In this document: piece after piece, positions 15,786 through 24,059 of the stretch | Layout of the letters: each line of letters opens with the position of its first letter | Numbering within the stretch: position 1 is the first letter of the stretch | Source of the DNA: Armatimonadota bacterium | GTDB lineage: Bacteria > Armatimonadota > Hebobacteria > CAIYQO01 | Assembly (NCBI GenBank): GCA_038248345.1 | Contig: JBBRXO010000024.1 | Span: 1-26,896 of the forward strand | Length of the DNA stretch: 26,896 bases | Reading direction: 5' to 3' | Made by a program: the position numbers and the translations under genes | Notes under the pieces: generated by a model | Database searches by the model: none | Told to the model about the DNA's origin: nothing | What the model saw: the letters and a program-made list of their open reading frames with translations, nothing else

Positions 15786-16901
15786 ATGAACAAACGAATT
15801 TACTTGCCGATATTGGGCGTGCTGGCGCTGCTGCTTACTGGCTTTACTGCACTGTATGCGGCGGATTGGAGTTCTTTCCGCGGTGACAAGGAGTTGTCGG
15901 GCGTGGCGGGGGGCAGTATCGCCGCCGGGGCCAAATTGCTCTGGACTTACGAGACGGGGAGCAGCATCAATAGCACCGCCGCTATTGTGAACGACACTGT
16001 CTATGTGGGCACGCAGGGCAAAAAAATGCTCGCGCTCAACCTGGCGGACGGCAAACTGAAATGGGAATTTGCCACCAATAACTCCATCAGCGCCGCGCCG
16101 CTGGTGGCGAATAACCGGGTGTATTTCGGCGATGAGACGGGGTTCTTCTATGCGCTCAATGCCGACACCGGCAAAGAGGTGTGGAAGATCAAAACCGCTG
16201 GTAAAATCATCGGCAGCGCCAGCATCTCGGGCACCTCTGTGCTGGTGGGGTCATATGACAATTCGCTCTACTGTCTGAATGCGAGCTCTGGCGCTACCAA
16301 ATGGGAGTTCAAATCAGGCGCGCAGGTGCATTGCACCCCGTGCATCGCGGATGGCGAAGTGATCATCGCCGGCTGCGACAGCAAAGTCCGCATCATCAGC
16401 CTCAGCAGCGGCAAAGAGCTGAAGAGCGCCGACGCGGGAAGCCAGTGTGCGGCGGGCCCGGCCTACAACGATGGCCACGTCTTCCTGGGCACCCTTAATA
16501 ATGGTTACATCGCCGTTGACATCAAGGACGGCTCGAAATCCTGGACGATCACCGACCCGGATGGTGACGGTGACTGCAATGCTGGAGCCACCTTCGTTAA
16601 CGGCGGCGACCTGGTGGTCTTCCCCTCGAAAAACAATAAAATCTTTTGCGTCAACAGCGCCAATGGTACCACCAGATGGATATTCCGCACGCGCGACGCG
16701 GTGGAATCTTCCCCGGTACTCAGCGGTGGTCTGCTCTACTTCGGTTGCAATGACGGCAACATCTATGCAGTGGACGCCAACAGCGGCGAGAGCAAATGGA
16801 AATACGCCGCTGGCTCAGCCCTCACCGCCTCCCCCGCCATCGGTGGCGGACGCCTGGTGATCGGGTCGACAGACGGCGCGGTATACTGCTTCGGGAATTG
16901 A
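15786..16901 (+). CDS. PQQ-like/BamB-family beta-propeller repeat protein, exported
   Basis: Signal peptide, W-FRGD start and about 8 repeats of S-P/A-V-x-GxxDG-xYALD-xG-xxW. Confidence 0.9.
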   Translation: MNKRIYLPILGVLALLLTGFTALYAADWSSFRGDKELSGVAGGSIAAGAKLLWTYETGSSINSTAAIVNDTVYVGTQGKKMLALNLADGKLKWEFATNNSISAAPLVANNRVYFGDETGFFYALNADTGKEVWKIKTAGKIIGSASISGTSVLVGSYDNSLYCLNASSGATKWEFKSGAQVHCTPCIADGEVIIAGCDSKVRIISLSSGKELKSADAGSQCAAGPAYNDGHVFLGTLNNGYIAVDIKDGSKSWTITDPDGDGDCNAGATFVNGGDLVVFPSKNNKIFCVNSANGTTRWIFRTRDAVESSPVLSGGLLYFGCNDGNIYAVDANSGESKWKYAAGSALTASPAIGGGRLVIGSTDGAVYCFGN

Positions 16902-16960
16902 TCATCCGGGGTATTCGCGAACTTATTACGTAACAGTTTCGAGTTATCAGCCGCAGTCCG

Positions 16961-17037
16961 ACCTACCCCCCCGGCCCCTTCCCGGCGCCATTCGGCAAGC
17001 TCATGATCTATGACGGGAAGGGGCCGGGGGGGTAGGT
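16961..17037. repeat. Perfect 24-bp inverted repeat (REP-like)
   Basis: ACCTACCCCCCCGGCCCCTTCCCG (16961-16984) and CGGGAAGGGGCCGGGGGGGTAGGT (17014-17037), with a 29-nt loop. Confidence 0.9.
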
Positions 17038-17112
17038 GAAACCAAGGCTAATGCGAGCGAATCTGGAAACTACCTCTCTCGTGTGGTATCATGTGGAACC
17101 GAGGTAGAAATA

Positions 17113-18543
17113 ATGAGTATTCGCTTGTATAACACTATGTCACGGCAGCTGGAAGAGCTGCAGCCGCGCGTGGAGGGGGAGATCGCCATGTACGTCTGCG
17201 GCATCACGCCGTATGACTACCCACATATCGGCAACGCGCGTGCCGTGGTGGTCTTTGATATCATCCGCCGCTATCTGGAATACCGCGGTTTTGACGTGCT
17301 TTACGTGCAGAATTTCACCGATATCGACGATAAGATCATTAACAGGGCGCAGGAGCAGTGCGTCCCCTGGCAGTCGCTGCCGCAGCGCTTCATGCAGGTG
17401 TACTATGAGGAGATGGACGCGCTGAACGTGAAGCGCGCCAGCCGCTACCCACTGGCGACTGAACATATGGCGGAGATGATCACGCTGACTGCCGATCTAG
17501 TGGCCAAAGGCAACGCCTACGCGGTGGGCGGCGACGTATATTTTTCGGTGCGCAGCTACGCCAATTATGGCGCGCTCTCCGGGCGGGCACTGGACGACAT
17601 GCAGAGCGGCGCGCGCGTGGAAGTGAATGACATCAAGCGCGACCCGATGGACTTCGCGCTGTGGAAGAGCGCCAAACCGGGCGAACCGAGCTGGGACAGC
17701 CCGTGGGGGTCTGGCCGGCCGGGCTGGCATATCGAATGCTCCGCCATGGCGGCCAAGTATCTGGGGAACGGCTTTGATATTCATGGGGGCGGGCAGGATC
17801 TGATCTTCCCACATCACGAAAATGAGCTGGCGCAGAGCGAATGCGCTCATGGCACGGGTACATTCGCGCACTACTGGATGCACAACGGCTTCGTCTCCGT
17901 CAACCGCGAGAAGATGTCGAAGTCGCTGGGCAACTTCTTCACCGTGCGCGAGGTGATGGAGAAATTCCCCGCCCCGGTGCTGCGCTACTTCCTCACCAGC
18001 GCACACTACCGCTCGCCCATCGACTTCAGCGACCAGACGCTCACGCAGGCGCAGGCGGCTTATGAACGGTTAAAACTGGGTGCTCTAAATATCTCTCGCG
18101 CACTAGAAAGCGAGATAACATATTACACACCGCCAGAGATAATTGAACCCCTGCAAGCACTGCTGGCGCACGCCGAGGACGACTTCCGCGCCGCCATGGA
18201 CGAGGATTTCAACACTCCGCAGGCGCTGGCCGTGCTCTTTGAGCTGGTGGGGGAGAGCAACCGCCTCATCAGCGGCGGCATCAATGAGGCCACGCGTACC
18301 GCCCTCACCGAGACCTACGCGTTACTACTGCGCCTCGCCGGTGTGCTGGGCATTACTTTGGAGGCAGCGGAGGAAAAGGGCGACGCGCTGACCCCGCAAC
18401 TGATGGAGCTGCTGATCTCCCTGCGTGCCCAGGCACGCAAAGAGAAGAACTTCGCCCTCGGTGACGCCATCCGTGACCGCCTGGCGGAGATCGGCATCTT
18501 GTTGGAAGACACTGCGCGGGGGACAGAGTGGCGGCGGAAATAG
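17113..18543 (+). CDS. cysS: Cysteine--tRNA ligase (ATG 17113; ORF track 17083)
   Basis: YVCGIT-YD-PHIGN, DFALWK, GRPGWHIECS, DL-FPHHENE and KMSKS motifs. SD GAGG, with an extended -10 (TGGTATCAT) at 17084-17092. Confidence 0.98.
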   Translation: MSIRLYNTMSRQLEELQPRVEGEIAMYVCGITPYDYPHIGNARAVVVFDIIRRYLEYRGFDVLYVQNFTDIDDKIINRAQEQCVPWQSLPQRFMQVYYEEMDALNVKRASRYPLATEHMAEMITLTADLVAKGNAYAVGGDVYFSVRSYANYGALSGRALDDMQSGARVEVNDIKRDPMDFALWKSAKPGEPSWDSPWGSGRPGWHIECSAMAAKYLGNGFDIHGGGQDLIFPHHENELAQSECAHGTGTFAHYWMHNGFVSVNREKMSKSLGNFFTVREVMEKFPAPVLRYFLTSAHYRSPIDFSDQTLTQAQAAYERLKLGALNISRALESEITYYTPPEIIEPLQALLAHAEDDFRAAMDEDFNTPQALAVLFELVGESNRLISGGINEATRTALTETYALLLRLAGVLGITLEAAEEKGDALTPQLMELLISLRAQARKEKNFALGDAIRDRLAEIGILLEDTARGTEWRRK

Positions 18544-18579
18544 TTTTACGTTTCAAAGGGAAATCTGGGAGGATTTTTG

Positions 18580-19890
18580 ATGAATAACAATGGACCGAAG
18601 ATCACGGTAGTAGGGGCGGGGAGTTTCGTTTTCAGCCTCGGATTGCTTTATGATTTGATCGTGAAGCATCGCCTGACCGGCATGCGGCTGGCGTTGCTGG
18701 ATGTGAATGAACAGGCAGTGGAGACCATGCGGCTGCTGGCGACGCGTGTGGCGAAGGAAGTGGGCGTGCCCGCGGAGATCACCGCCGGCACTGACCGCGC
18801 CACGGCGCTGCAGGGGGCGGATTTCGTCACAACTTCAGTAGCGGTGCAGATACGCAAGCGCTGGGAGATGGACAAGGAGATAATTCACCGGCATGGCATC
18901 AAAGAGATCACTGGTGAGTGTGGCGGGGTGGGCGGATTGTCCTACACGCTACGTTCAGTGGCGCTGGTCCTGGGTATCGCCCGCGACATGGAGCGGTATT
19001 GCCCCGCGGCGTTGCTGCTCAACAGCTCTAATCCGTTGCCGCGTGTCACCAATGCGGTGAATCGCCACAGCAGTATCAAGGCAATCGGCTTCTGCAACGC
19101 CGCTGTTGGTTCAGAAAATGGCTACCGGGTCATTGGGCAGCTGCTTAATCGCTATGAGCACGATATCAACGTTGTCGGGGCGGGGCTGAACCACTTCAGC
19201 TGGCTGCTCTCGGTAAAAGACCGTTGGACGGGCGAAGATTTAATGCCGCAGGTACAGGCGGCACTGGGGAAAGAACTCGCGGAAAATATGAAAGAATCAC
19301 TCGGCCCGCTGACCATGAAAGTCTGGCGCACCTACGGAATACTACCGCTGGCCGGTGACCCGCATATCGGCGAGTATCTCCCCTGGGATGACGAAACCTG
19401 TCATGAGCATGAGGCGCACCATGGGAATGATACCGAGCGCAACGAGCGCCGCGAGCAACTTATCAAAGTGGCGACGACTGACTGGCCGTGGCAGGTTGCC
19501 TTCACCGATAACGCGTGGGAGCATCCGGGGGATGTCATCAACGCCCTCACCACCGGTATGAGCCTGCGCATGGAGGCGCTGAACACCGTCAATAACGGTA
19601 CCATCGCCAACCTGCCCGCTGACGCCATGGTGGAGACCCCGGCAATCATTGCGGATGGCAAAATTGCCGCCGCGCCAGTGGGTGCGTTGCCCGCCAGCAT
19701 CGCCGATATCTGCGCCCGCACCGCGCAGGTGCAACTGTTGGCCGCCGACGGCGCCGCCACCGGTGACCGCCGTAAACTGGCCGAGGCCATCGATGCTGAT
19801 CCCGCCATCACCGACAAAGAAGCCGCCCAGCAAGCAATCAGCGAGCTGATAAATGCGCATATCGACCTGCTACCGGCTTTTCAGGGGTGA
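18580..19890 (+). CDS. Family 4 glycoside hydrolase (NAD+/Mn2+-dependent, alpha-galactosidase/glucosidase-like)
   Basis: KITVVGAGS, AL-GADFV, GE-GG-GG, NSSNP, GFC, GLNHF-W and N-G-I-NLP-DA-VE-P motifs. Confidence 0.9.
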   Translation: MNNNGPKITVVGAGSFVFSLGLLYDLIVKHRLTGMRLALLDVNEQAVETMRLLATRVAKEVGVPAEITAGTDRATALQGADFVTTSVAVQIRKRWEMDKEIIHRHGIKEITGECGGVGGLSYTLRSVALVLGIARDMERYCPAALLLNSSNPLPRVTNAVNRHSSIKAIGFCNAAVGSENGYRVIGQLLNRYEHDINVVGAGLNHFSWLLSVKDRWTGEDLMPQVQAALGKELAENMKESLGPLTMKVWRTYGILPLAGDPHIGEYLPWDDETCHEHEAHHGNDTERNERREQLIKVATTDWPWQVAFTDNAWEHPGDVINALTTGMSLRMEALNTVNNGTIANLPADAMVETPAIIADGKIAAAPVGALPASIADICARTAQVQLLAADGAATGDRRKLAEAIDADPAITDKEAAQQAISELINAHIDLLPAFQG

Positions 19891-19956
19891 GAAGTGCCCG
19901 GTGTGAATGCAGGTGTAGGGGTTAAAATCCTTAGGTGAAGTATTCTAAAAGAATAA

Positions 19957-20064
19957 CCACGCGCTAAAGCACGTGGCTGTAAGATAAAGCACGCTAATGC
20001 GCGCTATTGAACCTTAGCCGGATTTATCCGGCTTGATCTTTTAGCCATGTCCTTTAGGGCATGG
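19957..20064. repeat. REPIN-like doublet with IS200/IS605-type hairpins between convergent genes
   Basis: CCACGCGC-TAAA-GCACGTGGCT..AAGAT.AAGC on the left. The reverse complement of the right arm is CCATGCCC-TAAA-GGACATGGCT..AAGAT.AAGC. Confidence 0.8.
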
Positions 20065-20071
20065 CACCAGG

Positions 20072-20923
20072 TTACTCGTACCTAAACACCGTTTCCGCCG
20101 TCCACTCCGCACCCGGTGCCAACGTCAATGGATTGGTGATATGCGCGGTTTCTACACAGAGCATGTGCTGATATTCAGTATCGCCGAAGTCGGGCATGCG
20201 TTGGGCTTTGGCGCTCCAGGGGTTCCAGACTACTGTGTCGGGTAGGTTTGTCTTCTCAATGCTGATAGTGCGGTTATTTACTTCGTCGATTAATTGTAAT
20301 GTGGACGGTGTATTCAGGTAAATGCGATCCGTCTCCTCGGTGAAGCGGATGCTTTCGTTTTGCTCCAGTGTGGGCGTCATCTCATGCATGGCATCCTGAT
20401 AGGTGGTTCTGTGGAGTCCGGTCACGGCAGCCCGGTGGATATCCTTTATGCGGAAATAAGTGTGAAAAGCCAGTTGGCTGGTGAATGCTTCGCTCCCGGT
20501 ATTCGTCGCGTGGAATGCCACAGAGAGAGTTGTCGCACGTAAGGTAACGGCAAGTTCCAGCAGGAACTGGTGGGGCCACAGCTCCAGTGATGCAGGTGTT
20601 TCCGTCAGGCGCAAGGTGACCGTGATTGCACTGTCAGCCAGCGTCTCCCTGCTTGCCAATTGCCAATCTGCGGTGCGGACAACTCCATGTGCTGGTAATG
20701 CTCCCTGCCCACCGAACTGTGGCCAACAGAGGGGTATCCCACCGCGGATCGCCTTCTCTGCGGTAAATTCAGCGGCGCGCGAGAGGAAAAGCAACTCGTC
20801 GCCCGTTGCCGTTTTCCATGATGTCACTTGGGCGCCGTGCAGATAGACCTCAGCGGTGGCGCCGGAGGAGTGAGCGAGGATGATCTTCGGCAAGCCATTA
20901 TTCTCAGCGATTACATTGATCAT
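20072..20923 (-). CDS. D-hexose-6-phosphate mutarotase (aldose 1-epimerase family, YeaD-like)
   Basis: GAQVTSW, AIRGGIPLCWPQFG, HG, HTYF, E-DR-Y, VVWNPW and LCVE motifs. Confidence 0.93.
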   Translation of the reverse strand: MINVIAENNGLPKIILAHSSGATAEVYLHGAQVTSWKTATGDELLFLSRAAEFTAEKAIRGGIPLCWPQFGGQGALPAHGVVRTADWQLASRETLADSAITVTLRLTETPASLELWPHQFLLELAVTLRATTLSVAFHATNTGSEAFTSQLAFHTYFRIKDIHRAAVTGLHRTTYQDAMHEMTPTLEQNESIRFTEETDRIYLNTPSTLQLIDEVNNRTISIEKTNLPDTVVWNPWSAKAQRMPDFGDTEYQHMLCVETAHITNPLTLAPGAEWTAETVFRYE

Positions 20924-20944
20924 GGATGTCTTCTCTTTCGGTTT

Positions 20945-21631
20945 CTATTTGCGTATATATTTGCGCCGCTTGGAATTTGCCTCTGACGCCACCACGGCGG
21001 CGTCGATGATAGCGTAAAGCCAGACGAGTATCCAGAGGACAGCGAAGATGAGGTTGGCGCCTTGCAGGCCCTTATTGAAGACATCAAAGAAACCGTTGCT
21101 AAGGTGAGTGTTCTTCAATGCCTGGAGGTTTTGATAGAAGGCGTAGCCCACCCAGGAGGCGGAGTAGCCAGCCACCGCCATGATGATGAGGGACTTCAGC
21201 GTCTCGCCATTATGCCATTGCCCCACGCCGGGGATGCAAGCTGAGAGCAATGCCGATTGCCATGGGGCACGGGGTGGTACCATGGGGTTGATCCACCAGG
21301 CGTCATCGTCAACATCAATCGGTGTATGGGCGAGGATACTCGGCATACTGACCTTCACTACCGCAGTGGCATACTTTTCTTCCAGTTTGGCGTTTTTTGG
21401 GTCAGCGGCGAAGGCTTTTTTGTAGGCTTCCAGTGCCGGTTTGAATTTTCGCTGGGCAGAAAAAATATCGCCCTCCGCCTCCAGTACACGTGGATGGTCG
21501 GGGGCGATCTCTTTCGCATTAGCCAAACGAGCATGCGCGCCATCGAAATGCCCCTGCCGGAGGTGCAGGCGGATATCCGAGAACAGGTTTTCCAACGTGG
21601 GATCAAGCAAGGGCGCGCGGCCGAAAGACAT
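20945..21631 (-). CDS. TPR-repeat membrane protein with a DUF5683/TM2-like C-terminal region
   Basis: Two TPR helix pairs (GD...A.EAYKKAF..DP.N), then ALLSA-IPG-GQ-NG and W-Y-IIDA TM motifs. TAATG coupling with rsfS. Confidence 0.75.
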   Translation of the reverse strand: MSFGRAPLLDPTLENLFSDIRLHLRQGHFDGAHARLANAKEIAPDHPRVLEAEGDIFSAQRKFKPALEAYKKAFAADPKNAKLEEKYATAVVKVSMPSILAHTPIDVDDDAWWINPMVPPRAPWQSALLSACIPGVGQWHNGETLKSLIIMAVAGYSASWVGYAFYQNLQALKNTHLSNGFFDVFNKGLQGANLIFAVLWILVWLYAIIDAAVVASEANSKRRKYIRK

Positions 21632-21981
21632 TATTTAGCTCCCTCCGGGAGTGGAATGATCGGGGCATCTACCCACAAACGATCCAATTGATAGAAATCA
21701 CGATGGTCTTCATCAAAGATGTGTACCACCACGTCATGCAAGTCGAGCAACACCCAGGTGTCAGACTTGCCCTGTGGGCGTACGCCTTTGATACCAGTTT
21801 TACGTGTTTCATCCAGTACAGCATCGCACAATGCATTAATATTCAGCGATGACGAACCAGTGGCGATGACGAAATAATCTGCGATAACCGTTAATCCTTT
21901 AATTTCCAGGATTACGATATCCTGCCCCTTTTTCGAGGCTAACGCGCAGGATACTAACTGCGCAAGTTCCAGTGAATCCAA
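21631..21981 (-). CDS. rsfS: Ribosome silencing factor RsfS (TTG start at 21981 likely; ORF track 22017)
   Basis: KKGQDI, ADYFVIATG-S, WVLLD-DVVVHIF and R-FY-L-RLW motifs. SD GAAGGAAAGG before the TTG. Confidence 0.95.
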   Translation of the reverse strand: MDSLELAQLVSCALASKKGQDIVILEIKGLTVIADYFVIATGSSSLNINALCDAVLDETRKTGIKGVRPQGKSDTWVLLDLHDVVVHIFDEDHRDFYQLDRLWVDAPIIPLPEGAK

Positions 21982-22005
21982 TTTTACCTTTCCTTCAACC
22001 GAGTT

Positions 22006-22094
22006 ATAGGGGCACATATCATGTGCCCGAAGACCGGGTTACGAGCCGCATAGTCGTTTTTTTACGACCTGGGCGCAAGCCTTGCGCCCCCTAC
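22006..22094. repeat. GTAG-family REP doublet (REPIN)
   Basis: ATAGGGGCACATATCATGTGCCC ... GGGCGCAAGCCTTGCGCCCCCTAC in inverted orientation. Confidence 0.8.
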
Positions 22095-22120
22095 ATAGAC
22101 CATATCATGCTGGGTCTACT

Positions 22121-23818
22121 TTAATTCAGATCATCTCGATACGAGTATATTCTACCACTATCTGGCGCATTCGGGGCAGGGCCGGTTGCTCCCGGTAAAT
22201 CAGCAGGCGGGGCGATAGCTTGGTCGGTGCCCATTATCACGATCAACGTCCCCACTGGTGTCGCCTTTTGATTCCTGCCCAGCTTCGGCGCGGGGGGCGC
22301 AGCGCCCACATCGGCACCGATACCCAGGCTGGTCGCTAATTCAGTTGCCTGGGTGGTGGCTTCTCTCCCGGCGATTACTTTGCTCACCGGGGTAGTCTCA
22401 CACACTCCGAAACCGGTGACGTTATATTTCGCCAGGTCTATGCGTTTCGCCAGATCCTCTAGGGCGATATTGCGCCCACTGCCATTGTAGACGGTAACAG
22501 TCGGGCGGATATGCGTGCCGTAGAGCACTTCGCTGACTACCTGTGCCGCCACGGCGGGAGCCTTGATCACCACCACCGATGCCTCACCTACGCGTTGTGG
22601 CACTGTCGGCAGTTGTTGGCTGGTAATATTCTGCATCCCGATGGTGGTGATGGTACTTTTCAACGCTAATACATCTGACAGTTCAATGTCGGTGACCAGG
22701 TTATTCATTATTGGCCCGATCAACTTGGGCAGATTGTCCTTCTGCGCCGGATCCTGCATTTTGGCGATGAGTGCGCGGATAAACGCGTCCTGCCGTTTCA
22801 TGCGGTTGTAGTCGCCCTCGGCATCGTGACGAAAACGCACGTAGCACATGGCATTGTAGCCAGTGAGCAACTGTTTGCCGGGTTTCAGGTGGACATGTAG
22901 ATTCTGCGATGGATCGTCATAATCCATCTTCTTCTCTACTTCAATCTCCACTCCGCCCAGGGCGTCAATCATATCGACAAATCCGCCCGTTTGCACGCGA
23001 ATAGCATATTGTATTGGCACTGGCTTGGCAGTCAGATCCTGCAGCAAGTCACTCACCGTCTGCTTCGCCATGTTGATGCGACTCCACTCGTCCTTACCGC
23101 CGAACTGGTACGCAGCGTTGATACGCTGCTTGCCATGCCCAGGAATAGGGATATAGGTATCGCGTGGGATAGAAAGCATGGCGATACGCGGCTTGTCCAG
23201 GTCTACGGAGATTAATTTTATGGTATCGGTGCGTACACCCGCCTCGTTGCCGAAGGCGACATCAACCCCGAGCAGAAGTATATTGAATTGCCGCAACCCG
23301 TTAAAGGGTGGGGAAGCCTTGATAACACCGCTGGCGACCAGTTTTCCCTTGGTAAATGCCGACAATACTTGATATGCCTGCATCGGGTTGGTTCGGGTGT
23401 AGAGGCAGAAAGCCCCAAACACCAGAATGAGCAATCCTAACAAGCTCACCAGTGATATCCAAACCCAGCGTCGTTTCTTCTTCTTCGGGGCGACTAATAT
23501 CGTGGGGCCTGCGACGGGCGTTTCTTCTTCGGTGGCGGGTACCGCTGGTTCATCTGCTGCTACAGGTTCGTCGTCGGTCGCCTCATCTGCAACGGATGCG
23601 ACTTCCTCTTCTTCTCCAGCAGGTTCTGTTTCATCAGTTGTAGTAGTATCTTCGTGGGTTTCTTCTTCGGCAGTGGGCGTTTCGGTCGGCACTTCTGACT
23701 CTGGTGGTACCGGGAGTTCGGCCACCGTCTCGGAGACGGCAACTATTTCTTCGGTATTTTCCTTCACCGGCTCATAATCTATCGGTACTGGCTCAATAGG
23801 CTTATCTTGCTCAGCCAT
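22121..23818 (-). CDS. LytR-CpsA-Psr (LCP) family protein with a long acidic N-terminus and a LytR_C-like C-terminal domain (ATG 23818; ORF track 23851)
   Basis: NILLLGVD, RTDTI, SIPRDT, RINAAY, YVRFRH and GD-R-RQ motifs. KKKKRR plus TM, and V-VYNGSG in the C-terminal domain. SD GAGGGG. Confidence 0.93.
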   Translation of the reverse strand: MAEQDKPIEPVPIDYEPVKENTEEIVAVSETVAELPVPPESEVPTETPTAEEETHEDTTTTDETEPAGEEEEVASVADEATDDEPVAADEPAVPATEEETPVAGPTILVAPKKKKRRWVWISLVSLLGLLILVFGAFCLYTRTNPMQAYQVLSAFTKGKLVASGVIKASPPFNGLRQFNILLLGVDVAFGNEAGVRTDTIKLISVDLDKPRIAMLSIPRDTYIPIPGHGKQRINAAYQFGGKDEWSRINMAKQTVSDLLQDLTAKPVPIQYAIRVQTGGFVDMIDALGGVEIEVEKKMDYDDPSQNLHVHLKPGKQLLTGYNAMCYVRFRHDAEGDYNRMKRQDAFIRALIAKMQDPAQKDNLPKLIGPIMNNLVTDIELSDVLALKSTITTIGMQNITSQQLPTVPQRVGEASVVVIKAPAVAAQVVSEVLYGTHIRPTVTVYNGSGRNIALEDLAKRIDLAKYNVTGFGVCETTPVSKVIAGREATTQATELATSLGIGADVGAAPPAPKLGRNQKATPVGTLIVIMGTDQAIAPPADLPGATGPAPNAPDSGRIYSYRDDLN

Positions 23819-23917
23819 GTTTCCCCTCAACCACGCGGGCGAATTGCCCATAATCTGCTAAGCTAATTGTAACACAGTGGGCTCTTGTGGGGAAGGTGCA
23901 GGTTATGACGGGCATCC

Positions 23918-24059
23918 CTGGGAGCGCAGGCGTCCCGCCCATGAGATAGAGCGAGGAAAACCACGAAGGCACAAAGACACAAAGAGAAAGGGCAGGCGGG
24001 ACGCCCATGCTACGATAATATGGACGTCGCTGCAGAGATAGGCCATGCCCTGCCTCAAC
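23918..24059. repeat. Composite REP cluster
   Basis: CTGGGAGCGCAGGCGTCCCGCCCATG and GCAGGCGGGACGCCCATGCTAC form an inverted pair enclosing (CACRAAGR)x3. A degenerate GCAGAGATAGGCCATGCCCTGCCTCAAC palindrome follows. Related copies occur at 15705-15723 and 26752-26776. Confidence 0.75.

Noticed and set aside
16902..17112. T-box leader for cysS
   Set aside because: No AAGGTGGNACC T-box motif or terminator is present, and a promoter-like -10 lies only about 20 nt from the start.
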